A DNA stretch of 64,000 nucleotides. Source: an uncultured Gammaproteobacteria bacterium (GTDB lineage Bacteria; Patescibacteriota; Microgenomatia; Levybacterales; UBA12049). The stretch spans positions 31,154-95,153 of the forward strand of contig CAZWXQ010000003.1 in the NCBI GenBank assembly GCA_964637955.1, written 5' to 3'. The notes under the pieces are model-generated. The model was given only the letters and a program-made list of their open reading frames with translations. It did no database searches and had not been told where the DNA came from. The translations under genes and the position numbers were made by a program. Shown one piece after another: positions 9,486 through 19,600 of this stretch (position 1 is the first letter of the stretch; each line of letters starts with the position of its first letter).

Positions 9486-10503
9486 CTGCAGGAACAAATG
9501 CTATAAACGAGTTATTTCCCTCAAAAACTATTACTGGTATTAAATAATCTTGAAGTCTGCCTTCAGAGTAGAGAGCTGGATAAACATTTTTAATTAATAT
9601 TTTTGGATCATCTCCGTTGTGACTGGCTACATAACCTTTTCCGTTTTTCAAATCATCAAATGCTTCTTGAGCAGTTTTAATTGGATAAGTTGCTGTTTCA
9701 TCTAATATATTTTGGTGAGAAAAATTAGCATCTAAAATACTTCCCATAAGTTCTCCAGCCCCAACAGTTAGTTTCATTGATGTGTTGGCGCCTTGTGGAT
9801 ATACGATGGGTAATTTATCTTTAGATTTTTGAAAGAAATAAACGTTAGCTATGTTTGAATCTACGATTCTTGAAGCTGGAGTCGTCGTACCGTTTTCAAG
9901 TTTCATAAATTCAACTTTTGTTTTTTCTTCATCAATGTCATCAGGATAAAATTCTAAAGTTTTTAAAAAATCAGTAGCTGGATCTATGGCCTGTGATTTA
10001 TTTGTAAAATTTTTCGTTTTAATATTATTTTCATATTTAAGATATGAGGAAGATAAATTAAATTCCGAGAGCTTTATATTTAATATCAAATTTTGTTCAG
10101 GTCGAGAAGGATTATTCCATTTATAGACAAAGTCTGAAATTTGCTGGGGACGAGACCGAAAACCAAGACGATCAACTTTTTTACTTGCTTTTTCAACAGC
10201 TAAAATATCAGGACCGAGCTGTTCCATTTTAAAGACTTTTTCTGATTGGTTAAATCCTGGAAGATTTCCACTAATAGTATCGATTTCATATGTAAAATCC
10301 TTCTTAATTCCATCAGGGAAATATTGTTTTGGAAGTTTTCCAAAAGTTACTGTAGGGGGTGGAGGAGAAGATGGGAGAATTAATTCTTTTACGAATAGTA
10401 AAAATTTAAGAGCGATGAATAAGATAATAATTAATCCGAGTGCAACTGCTCCCCATTTTAAACCTTTTCCAAAGTCCATCTTTACTATACTTAGCGTAGG
10501 CAT
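9460..10503 (-). CDS. Membrane-anchored hypothetical protein
   Basis: Long ORF with one N-terminal TM and a Pro-rich linker; start moved to MPTLS after a TATACT box. Confidence 0.75.
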   Translation of the reverse strand: MPTLSIVKMDFGKGLKWGAVALGLIIILFIALKFLLFVKELILPSSPPPPTVTFGKLPKQYFPDGIKKDFTYEIDTISGNLPGFNQSEKVFKMEQLGPDILAVEKASKKVDRLGFRSRPQQISDFVYKWNNPSRPEQNLILNIKLSEFNLSSSYLKYENNIKTKNFTNKSQAIDPATDFLKTLEFYPDDIDEEKTKVEFMKLENGTTTPASRIVDSNIANVYFFQKSKDKLPIVYPQGANTSMKLTVGAGELMGSILDANFSHQNILDETATYPIKTAQEAFDDLKNGKGYVASHNGDDPKILIKNVYPALYSEGRLQDYLIPVIVFEGNNSFIAFVPAVKDEWINN

Positions 10504-10575
10504 ATATTGAGTATAAGGTAGATTTTGACTATAATGCAACTTAAGAAGACATATTTAGGCTTCAATTTTTAAATA

Positions 10576-11976
10576 ATGACAAGAACAAGAATCGCACCAA
10601 GCCCTACAGGTCAGGATCTTCATATCGGAAATGTCTACACGGCACTTCTTAATTATTCTTGGGCAAAAAGAAATAATGGAAAATTTATTTTGAGAATAGA
10701 AGATACTGATAGGACAAGGCTTGTTGAAGGTGCCGAAGAAACAATTAAAAATTCTCTTTTATGGTTTAATATTGCTTATGACGAAGGACCAGATGTTCCA
10801 GGACCGCATCAGCCATATAGACAATCAGAAAGATTGGAAATATATAAAAAATATGCTGAAGAACTTGTAGAAAAAGGACTTGCGTATTATTGCTTCTGTG
10901 ACTCAGAAAGACTTTCTTCAATGAGAAGTGTTCAGGAAGCTTCTGGACTTCCGACTCTTTATGACGGGTTATGTAAAAAATTCAATATTTCCGAATCCAA
11001 AGAAAAAATAAAAAATGAACCATATGTAATTAGGATGAATACCCCCAAGGATGGTAAAACAGAATTTGAAGATTTGGTAAGGGGAAAAATAGAATTTGAA
11101 AATAAATTGATTGATGATCAAATTCTTTTAAAATCGGATGGATTCCCAACATATCATCTGGCAGTTGTTGTAGACGATCATCTTATGGAAATAAGCCATG
11201 TAATTAGAGCTGAGGAGTGGATTTCCTCAACTCCAAAGCATATACTTCTTTACAAATTTTTCGGTTGGAATCTTCCTGTTTTTGCTCATGTGCCGATTCT
11301 TCGAAATCCAGATAAAAGTAAACTTTCAAAAAGAAAGAATCCAGTGTGGGTTAGTTGGTATAAAAGTGAAGGATTTTTGCCTGAAGCAGTATTAAATTTC
11401 CTAGCTCTTATGGGATGGAGTCATCCTGACCAAAAAGATAAATTTGATCTAGATGAATTTATATCACTTTTTGATCCAAGAGATTTAAAGCCAGTTGGGC
11501 CTGTTTTTGATATCACAAAACTTGAGTGGCTAAATGGACTCTATATTAGAGAAATGAATCCTGAGGAATTAAAAAGAAAACTTGAAAAGTTTTATAAAGA
11601 AGATTCAGAATTTAGTGTTATTTTCGAAAGTAAACACATTAGTTTACTTATTGGGCTAGCGCAGTCAAGAATGAAAAAACTTTCAGAATTTAAAGACTTG
11701 GTTAATGCCCCTCAAAAGCAAAGAGAGTTTTCTCAGGAGGAAAAAACGGCTGGAGAAAATTTATTAAAAATGCTTGATGAAATTAAACCTTCTGATTGGA
11801 GAGAAGAGATGATCTTAAACCGATTAAAAAATTTTAGAGATCAAGAAGGAGTTTCTATGAAATTAATTTATTTTCTGATCACCGGCAAGGAGCAAGGCCT
11901 ACCATTAATTGAAACTATGATTAAAATTGAGGGTCGTGATCAAATACTCCAAAATTTAAAAAATCGAATTCAATAA
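10576..11976 (+). CDS. gltX: Glutamate-tRNA ligase
   Basis: RIAPSPTG..LHIGN, LRIEDTD, YYCFC, KLSKR. Confidence 0.97.
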   Translation: MTRTRIAPSPTGQDLHIGNVYTALLNYSWAKRNNGKFILRIEDTDRTRLVEGAEETIKNSLLWFNIAYDEGPDVPGPHQPYRQSERLEIYKKYAEELVEKGLAYYCFCDSERLSSMRSVQEASGLPTLYDGLCKKFNISESKEKIKNEPYVIRMNTPKDGKTEFEDLVRGKIEFENKLIDDQILLKSDGFPTYHLAVVVDDHLMEISHVIRAEEWISSTPKHILLYKFFGWNLPVFAHVPILRNPDKSKLSKRKNPVWVSWYKSEGFLPEAVLNFLALMGWSHPDQKDKFDLDEFISLFDPRDLKPVGPVFDITKLEWLNGLYIREMNPEELKRKLEKFYKEDSEFSVIFESKHISLLIGLAQSRMKKLSEFKDLVNAPQKQREFSQEEKTAGENLLKMLDEIKPSDWREEMILNRLKNFRDQEGVSMKLIYFLITGKEQGLPLIETMIKIEGRDQILQNLKNRIQ

Positions 11977-12033
11977 TTTTGTTGCTTTAATATTGATTTT
12001 ATTATTACAATAATACTTATCAGCATTTAATAA

Positions 12034-12402
12034 ATGGAAGTAAATACAAACTTATTAAAATCTTTTGGCTTTGCAATCGAAGGCATAAAGCTTGCATATA
12101 AATATAATAGAAATATCAGGATTCACACTGTTCTTGGGATAATAGCACTTATCCTTTGTTTCTTGCTCAAGCTCAATGGATTTGAAATCGGAATAATCTT
12201 AATAACAATTCTTTTAGTAATTGCTGCAGAGATGATAAATACGGCGATTGAAGAAATGGTGGACTTAATTACCCAAGAACATAGAGAGCAGGCTAAAATC
12301 GCAAAAGATGTTTCTGCAGGGATGGTGCTTGTTTGCGCAATAGGATCACTTATTATCGGAGTAGTTATTTTTATTCCCCATATTTTAGCTTTACTTTCTT
12401 AA
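12034..12402 (+). CDS. dgkA: Diacylglycerol/undecaprenol kinase (DgkA family)
   Basis: SFGFAIEG, EMINTAIEEMVD, AKIAKDVSAG. Confidence 0.92.
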   Translation: MEVNTNLLKSFGFAIEGIKLAYKYNRNIRIHTVLGIIALILCFLLKLNGFEIGIILITILLVIAAEMINTAIEEMVDLITQEHREQAKIAKDVSAGMVLVCAIGSLIIGVVIFIPHILALLS

Positions 12403-12444
12403 AATCCTCTTTACTATTAATTTAATTCCTGATTAGCTATTAGT

Positions 12445-13176
12445 GTGAGCAAAAAAAAATCTAGCAAGCAAATAAATAGCACTAAAATAAATCGTAAAAA
12501 ATTAATTTGGTTTTTTGGTTTTGTAATTGTTGCAGCCGGGATTTTTTTACATTTAAATAAACTCCAATCAGCATCGTGTGCAAATTCAATTAGTTGCGTA
12601 AATGAACTTTCAGGTAAATATGATTCATCCAAAAATACTGGGGAGTTTATGAATAAAATTGTAAAAATTCCTGATCAAGCTGTAGAAAATACGTTAACCA
12701 AAAATGTATTAGGTGATACTACTTATAACTCTAATAAGCATATTTATGTCGACTTAACGAATCAAAAGCTATACGCAAAAGAAGGAGACAAGACTGTTTA
12801 TGAATTTTTAATTTCATCTGGAAAATGGCAAAAAACACCAACTGGCGATTTTAATATTTGGATAAAGGTAAATTCCACGCGAATGAAGGGTGGAAGTCGA
12901 GAGCTGGGAACGTATTATGATCTTCCAAATGTCCAATGGACTATGTTTTTCTATAATGCAAATATTCCAAAGTCTCGTGGATATGGAATTCATGGAGCAT
13001 ATTGGCATAACAATTTTGGTCATCCCATGAGTCATGGATGTATTAACATGAGAACAGAAGAGGCAAAGCTTATTTATGATTGGGCAGATCCTGCTCCAAC
13101 GGGATATTCTACTTTAGTAACTCCTCAAAATCCAGGAACTCCAATCACTATATATGGTAAAGCAGCAAATTACTGA
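12445..13176 (+). CDS. L,D-transpeptidase (YkuD family)
   Basis: VDLTNQKL, ISSG..TPTG, GIHGAYWHNNFGHPMSHGCINM. Confidence 0.93.
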   Translation: MSKKKSSKQINSTKINRKKLIWFFGFVIVAAGIFLHLNKLQSASCANSISCVNELSGKYDSSKNTGEFMNKIVKIPDQAVENTLTKNVLGDTTYNSNKHIYVDLTNQKLYAKEGDKTVYEFLISSGKWQKTPTGDFNIWIKVNSTRMKGGSRELGTYYDLPNVQWTMFFYNANIPKSRGYGIHGAYWHNNFGHPMSHGCINMRTEEAKLIYDWADPAPTGYSTLVTPQNPGTPITIYGKAANY

Positions 13177-14230
13177 TAAAAAAATATTCTTAATCCTTTT
13201 CACTTCATTAGTTTTGATAGCGGGCTTAATCCTAATCTCTTATATTTACAAAAGTAATTTATTTATAAATACTTCGATTGCGATTCTTAAAAATTCTAAA
13301 GATGTACCAAGAGATAATCAAAACCTTGGTTTGAATATTTTTTCAAAAGATGAAAAACCTCTGAAAATAGATGAAGATATTACTTTAATAAGCACAGGTG
13401 ATATAGGGTTGGTACGCGATATAAATTATAAAATATTACAAAAAAATAATCCCAACTATCCCTTTTTAAATATCGCAGATTATCTTAAATATGCCGACTT
13501 AACTGTTATTAATCTTGAGGGACCCCTCATTAGAGATTGCCCCGTCATTCTTGATGGGTTTACTTTTTGCGGAGATGCTGAAAATGTTAAAGGGTTAGTA
13601 TTCGCAGGGATAGACGCTGCAAATCTTGCAAATAATCATACCACTAATTATGGTTTGGATGGGCTCGAGCAAACTGAGAATATTCTTGAATCAAATAAAA
13701 TAGCTGCGTTTGGATTAGAAAAAAATAAAATTAGATATATAAAAATTAAGGAAAAAAATATTGCTTTAGTAGGGTTTGTGGAATTAGGAAATAATTGGGG
13801 AGGACTTAATAACGCGACATTTGAAAATGTTACTCGCCTAAATAAGGAAGCAAAGGAGAACGCAGATATTGTAGTTGATGCGTTTCACTGGGGAGTTGAA
13901 TATACATACAAACCATCTGAGAATCAAGTTTTGATTGGGCATGCTGCAATTGATAGTGGAGCAGATATAGTTTTAGGAAATCATCCGCACTGGATTCAGC
14001 CAATTGAGATGTATAAAAATAAATATATTATTTACGCACAAGGAAATACCATTTTTGATCAAGATTGGTCGCAGGAAACTCGTGAAGGCGTACTATATAA
14101 ATTTATTTATAAAAATGGAGTTTTTGAAAAAGTGGATGAGAAATATACAATTGTTGAAAATAATTCTCAGCCTAGATTTGCAACTGATGAAGAATCGAAA
14201 TTAATTAAGAAGAAAGTTTCAGGGAATTAA
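13154..14230 (+). CDS. CapA family metallophosphoesterase
   Basis: GDI, NLEGP, LANNH, HWGVEY, GNHPHWIQ, GNTIFDQ. Confidence 0.92.
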   Translation: MVKQQITDKKIFLILFTSLVLIAGLILISYIYKSNLFINTSIAILKNSKDVPRDNQNLGLNIFSKDEKPLKIDEDITLISTGDIGLVRDINYKILQKNNPNYPFLNIADYLKYADLTVINLEGPLIRDCPVILDGFTFCGDAENVKGLVFAGIDAANLANNHTTNYGLDGLEQTENILESNKIAAFGLEKNKIRYIKIKEKNIALVGFVELGNNWGGLNNATFENVTRLNKEAKENADIVVDAFHWGVEYTYKPSENQVLIGHAAIDSGADIVLGNHPHWIQPIEMYKNKYIIYAQGNTIFDQDWSQETREGVLYKFIYKNGVFEKVDEKYTIVENNSQPRFATDEESKLIKKKVSGN

Positions 14231-14928
14231 TAACCTGCGTAGTGAATTATTTTAGCTCTTTTTTGTAATTCTGAGATTAAATTTTGAGTTCTTTCCCCAG
14301 ATTTTTGTTGTTGAAGTTGCGTTCTTGCTAGATTTCTCATTTGATCATCTGTAGTTCCTTCAGGAAAAGAGCTAGAATTTGCAGTTACAAAATCTTCAAT
14401 TTCTTTGTCAGTTACTTTGACGTCTCCTTCTGTCATTTTTTTAAGAGCGATTTGTATTCTAATTTCGTCATTAAGTTCATCTTGTGTCATTCCTTGACTT
14501 TCCATAGCTTTTTCGAGAGTAGTCCCTTGTTTCTTTAGGCTTTCAGAGATAGTTTTAATCTCGTTATCGATATCTTTTTGGACTATTACTATCTTTCTAT
14601 TATCAGCTTCTTGGAGGATTAATTTTTTGGTAATAAGATTGTCTAGAACCATTTGTCCACTTTGTTTTTCTAGAGATTTAATAACTACGATTCTTGAAAT
14701 TGGCTCTCCATTAACGCTTGCTGCTACAAACACACCTTTAAATATGAATGCCATTAAAAAGATTAAGATGCATGCTATTACAATTAATGCAATTCCCTTT
14801 GCAGCTCGGCTTTTTTCTGGTCCTTTAACGGACTTGGAATCAGGAATTGAAGCAGATTGGGTTACAGTTGTAGATTTAGTTGGAGTTGCTTTTGAAGAGC
14901 TACTTGATTTTTTTGCTTTTTCAGCCAT
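14227..14928 (-). CDS. SurA/PrsA N-terminal chaperone domain protein
   Basis: AASVNGEPI, VLDNLITKKLILQEA, ELQKRAKI; TM anchor; no PPIase domain visible. Confidence 0.82.
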   Translation of the reverse strand: MAEKAKKSSSSSKATPTKSTTVTQSASIPDSKSVKGPEKSRAAKGIALIVIACILIFLMAFIFKGVFVAASVNGEPISRIVVIKSLEKQSGQMVLDNLITKKLILQEADNRKIVIVQKDIDNEIKTISESLKKQGTTLEKAMESQGMTQDELNDEIRIQIALKKMTEGDVKVTDKEIEDFVTANSSSFPEGTTDDQMRNLARTQLQQQKSGERTQNLISELQKRAKIIHYAGY

Positions 14929-14991
14929 GCGCAGATTATGCTATATATTGAATTTACTTGTCAAGTATTAAAGTATTTTTAATCCTAATTT

Positions 14992-15930
14992 TTATTGAAA
15001 TATTTCCACAGCTAGGAATAAAACGTAGACTGAAATCATGATTATTCCATTTAATCTAGAAAGAAAATGATCTTTATAAGAGAATAAGAAAAATAAGCTT
15101 AGCGCTGTTGCTATAAAAATAAAAGTTGAAAAGAAATTGTTTACAGTTATAACTTGTCCATCATGCAAAAGTGTAAAAATTCCAAAAAGTAATGTACTAA
15201 CAGCAGCAGCTCCTATATAGTCACCCATTGCTAAATCTTTTTTCCCTGAAATTACAGATCGTGCTGCAAGGGTAAGTTCAGGAAGATCTGTGCCAAGAGC
15301 GATAATGATTAAGCTAATATAAAACGCAGAGATATTAAAGAAATTCGCAAAATACATGGTTTTATCTACGATTAGACTGCTAGCAATAAAAACTGCTACG
15401 AGTCCAATAATTATTTTAAGAAAGTCTTTTAATGAATAAGCTTTAACGTTTAGAAGTTGTTCATTTTCTCTATCAAAGATTCCATTTTTTCTCTGAATAA
15501 CAAAGAGTAATACAAAATAAGAAGCAATCATAAAAATTCCTTCAAGGTTTGTTACTTTTTTATCTAAAGTTAAAAGAGCTGGGGTAAGAATTACTATCAT
15601 GGTGAGGAGAAGTTGTTTATTCGAAAGTTCATGTTTTAAATTAATTCCATTTCCAAAAATTGCGAGGAGGGGAATAATTACTAAGAACAGCACTATTATT
15701 CCTCCAAGTAAATTTCCTACGTATATTTGAGCATCATGATCTGCTACGGCTTGAAGCCCAACTGAAAATTCGGGAGTTGAAGTAAGAATTCCCAAGAAAA
15801 CAAATGAAAATGCAAATGCAGAAAGTTTTAATTTTTTGGAGAATTTACTAGCGGAATTTATAATGAGTCCTGATCCTAGCCAAATGAGAATAAACGCGAC
15901 TATATAAATCAAGAGATTAATAAATAGCAT
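14992..15930 (-). CDS. Sodium/calcium exchanger family (CaCA) protein
   Basis: Alpha repeats TSTPE...GNLLG and GTDLPE...GDYIG; polytopic membrane protein. Confidence 0.88.
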   Translation of the reverse strand: MLFINLLIYIVAFILIWLGSGLIINSASKFSKKLKLSAFAFSFVFLGILTSTPEFSVGLQAVADHDAQIYVGNLLGGIIVLFLVIIPLLAIFGNGINLKHELSNKQLLLTMIVILTPALLTLDKKVTNLEGIFMIASYFVLLFVIQRKNGIFDRENEQLLNVKAYSLKDFLKIIIGLVAVFIASSLIVDKTMYFANFFNISAFYISLIIIALGTDLPELTLAARSVISGKKDLAMGDYIGAAAVSTLLFGIFTLLHDGQVITVNNFFSTFIFIATALSLFFLFSYKDHFLSRLNGIIMISVYVLFLAVEIFQ

Positions 15931-15981
15931 CTAGATTCAGTATATATGTTTAGAATAAACTGGGCAATATTTGATGAGGCA

Positions 15982-16614
15982 TTAGCTTAAGTTTTTAATT
16001 ATTTTTAAAATTTCTTCAGGTTTATCAATTAAGTAATCGGGATTATTTTTTTCTAAACCTTCTTTTGAATTAAATCCCCATGAAACTGAAATTATTTTTA
16101 CTTCTGCTTTTTGACATCCATGAATATCTCTAATTTCATCACCCACATATATTATATTTTCTTTTTGGACATTTTGACTTTTTACAAACTTGTTTATAGT
16201 TCTGTCCTTTCCAAAAAGAGAAGCATTGTCGTAGATGTAATCGAATACACTTATGTTATTTATTTCTAAAAATTCCAAAACGTTTTCTCTTGCATTTGAG
16301 GTTAAGATTCCTAGCTTAAATCCCATTTTTTTTAATTCATTTAATACTTCAGGGATATTTTTAAAGGGTTTTATTTCCAGCATTTTTTCTTTTTGAAGTT
16401 TTTTCATGTCATGAGCAATAAATGGAATTTTATAAATTGGAATTTTTAATTTTCTTAAAACATTTATTGCACCTTCAGATCGAAATTCGTTTATTTCATT
16501 TGGGGGAACTTTGTTTAAGTGGTACTTGTCAGAGAGTACGCCTACTATTTCTAGAAAGTGATCAAATGAATCAGCTATGGTCCCGTCAAAATCAAAAAGA
16601 ATAACTTTAATCAC
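15982..16614 (-). CDS. HAD-superfamily phosphatase
   Basis: FDFDGT, LTSN, YVGDEIRD, VSWGFN. Confidence 0.92.
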   Translation of the reverse strand: MIKVILFDFDGTIADSFDHFLEIVGVLSDKYHLNKVPPNEINEFRSEGAINVLRKLKIPIYKIPFIAHDMKKLQKEKMLEIKPFKNIPEVLNELKKMGFKLGILTSNARENVLEFLEINNISVFDYIYDNASLFGKDRTINKFVKSQNVQKENIIYVGDEIRDIHGCQKAEVKIISVSWGFNSKEGLEKNNPDYLIDKPEEILKIIKNLS

Positions 16615-16650
16615 TAATTTATATTATACAAATAATTGAATTTAAAATAG

Positions 16651-19600
16651 TTATTTTTGCATTTTTGTAGGTAGAGAATGTATTCTTACTTGAGAAGGTT
16701 CACTGCTGAGAAAATTCATCATTGAGCTTAAATCTAGGTTTTCTTGATTCATCATTGTTTGCATTAATGAATTTAAGATTTCTTGATCAACAGTTCCAGA
16801 TTCAAAAAGGGCCATTTCAGCTAATTGAATATCTTCTTTAGTTAAGTATCTGATGAAATCGCCTCTTGCTAATAAGCCTCTTAAAACAGCAGAAAGATAA
16901 TTACTCTCATGATGATCTTGTCCCAAACTATCCGTCATATTTTTTATTAAGACAGTTTTAATATCTTTTTCGTCACCTTCTAAAGCAGCTTGGAGTGTGA
17001 TTGCTAGAATTCGTCCTAATTCAGCTTTTTCTTCAGAAGTAGGTGACTCCAGATTAACAGCACCAAAATCATAATGAGTTACGAGAAAATCACCTTTCCT
17101 TAAAGTATTATCACCAATTTGTAAATCTTCTTCTACTCGTAAAATATTAAAATTATCGCCATGTCTGTCGTGATCAAAATGCTTGCCGGATAATGTCATC
17201 ATATCTTCAGTTGCTTGTAAGGCTATGCCAAGTGCCTTGAGTTCTTCCGGTGTAGCAGTTTGGCTAAATTTATTAAAGGGTGTTCCTTTTGCAATGCTCG
17301 CAACTTTATATGCTTGGACTTCATCACCATGTGAAGTTTGCTTTCTGACTATGCCGTGATCTATCCAGTCAACTGTTTGAAAAGCTATTGTGTGTTCACC
17401 TGTGCGAACGGTTAAACCATCATATTGAGCATGCATAAATTCAGCTTGTTTTTTGCCGGTATCATAATCTGTTTCAAGTTTTGAAGATGCACTTGCTTGG
17501 TCTAGAACATGATTCATTGCTTGAATAGTAGTGGAGTTGAATGTATCGCCGGCAGCCTCACGCCTTTTTATAAATGTATCAAGAGAATCTTGAATATGTT
17601 TAAATTCATTTTGAGCAAAAGTGTAAACATGATTGCGAAGTAGCGTTACTGCTACTTCATCTAATTCATTAAGAGGATGAGTTAGTTTTGCCCGAACAGT
17701 AAATTGATATGCACCGGCTCCTAGAGTTTTCCCAACATGCGCAATTCCATCAAGCGTTATATTATCAGCACCGTTTATAGGAGGAATTGAGGCCTCCATA
17801 CTGTCAAATACTTGTAATCTAGTTGGCCAATTTGCTTCTCCTTTGACTCCTTCCATGCCGTTTCTGATAGGTTCCGGGGTATCTGGATAGCTATGGATTG
17901 CTTGCGCTAGTTTTACACCTGCAGGACCCATATTTTTTAGGGTTAATGCGATCGCTTTTCCGATTATAGTCTCATCGCGTTCTTCTACTTCTCCAAGTGT
18001 GTGTGCACTAACCATAAGGCCTGAAAGAAGTAGGCGTTGTTCAGCTTCTGATGAGTCTTTAATGTAAGACATTACTAAATCTCTTCCAAAAGTTGTATAT
18101 CTGTTGAAAGTGCTATTTAAATCTTCATGTTCGTTAAATGGAAGTGTTTTATTTATAACGAAGTCTACAAGCTGCTCATATTCACCTTCATCTCTATTGC
18201 TTCTTCGCACGACATTCGTAGGAAATGCTAAAAGGTTCATGTAATATGCACGACTCTCAAGGCTGGAATTCCAAAAATTATCATATGCTGAGCGCAGTCT
18301 TCCTTTCATTTCCGCTCTTTTTTGTGGGTCTTTAAAATTTATATCTTTAGTTGCATAGGCTGCGACATTATCTAAAGGATTTTCCATGAATGCAGTTATC
18401 CATCCTGGGCTGTCGAAGCTATGTCCATATCTTTCCATATCTAAGCGTGCTTTCTCAAGACGTTTATCAATTAAATCTATATAATCATCCATTTCTTGTT
18501 CAGTTAATTTTCCTGTAAGTAAATCAATTGTTTTGAGTCTTGTGCCTTCATCTTGAACGACAAAATCAAGTCCAAACTCCGCCAATGGTCCTTTTGCTCC
18601 TTCGCTACCCTTCAGAAGGCGAGTTTTACCTACTTGTTGACTGTGTTCAAAAATGTGATGAGTAAGTGCGCTTTGCGTTTCTAATGCTTCAGCAAGTTCC
18701 TGTAGCATTGCTTCATGCAGAAGTCCACTTTGATTAGTTTTTTCTATTACTTCATCCACAATTGAAGTTATATTTGTATAATAAGATTCAAGTTCAGGAT
18801 GAAGTGCCATTTCACTAAATGCTTTTGTAGTGTCTATGCCATGTTCTCTGCGGATAGATTCTCCCCAGCCTCTTACCAAAGCTTTTCGTAGCTCAGGTGA
18901 TTGGACAGAGCAGTCATATAAAATAGTTTCGGTAAAATTTCTAAGTAATTTAGAATCGACGTGATCACCTTGTAATGCTTTTAGCTGACCTATAATTAGG
19001 CTGTCATACCCATTATCCCAGCGCTTACTGGGATGTCTTTGAAAAAATCCATGCTTTTCATAAATCGCATATGATTTTGCTATTTGTAAGGGCTCAAGGT
19101 TTTGGGAAGTTAAATCGATCTCTACGTTTCGGAGGAACTGTTGCTCAAGGAGTTCAGTTATTTCCGCTTTGAATGAATCACCTGTTTCGAACGTTCCTTT
19201 GCCAACTTTTGATTGGACGGTCTTAAGGCATTCTTCAAATGCTTCAGGCGATAGGGAAGAGGAGTTATTTTCCAAGAACTGAAATACTTCATTTCGCGCA
19301 TGTAAGAGAAGAAATCTACTAGCCCATTCTTCCGGTCCTGGAGTTTTTTTGTAATCATATTCTCGGATAATTGTTGGATGCAATTTTCTTAAAGCAATAA
19401 GTCTTTGCGTAAGCTCATCTTCTGACTTGGAAAATCCATCAGCTCCAATAAATTTAAAATAAATTTGTGGATCTAAAGCAATTGGAGGAATTATGTCTTC
19501 TCCGTTTGGTTTTCTAATCTCTAAAACGACAGCTCTATCTAGAAGAGACAAAGCTTCTTCTTTTTCAAAAAGAATATTATCTTCATCACTAGAAAATCCC

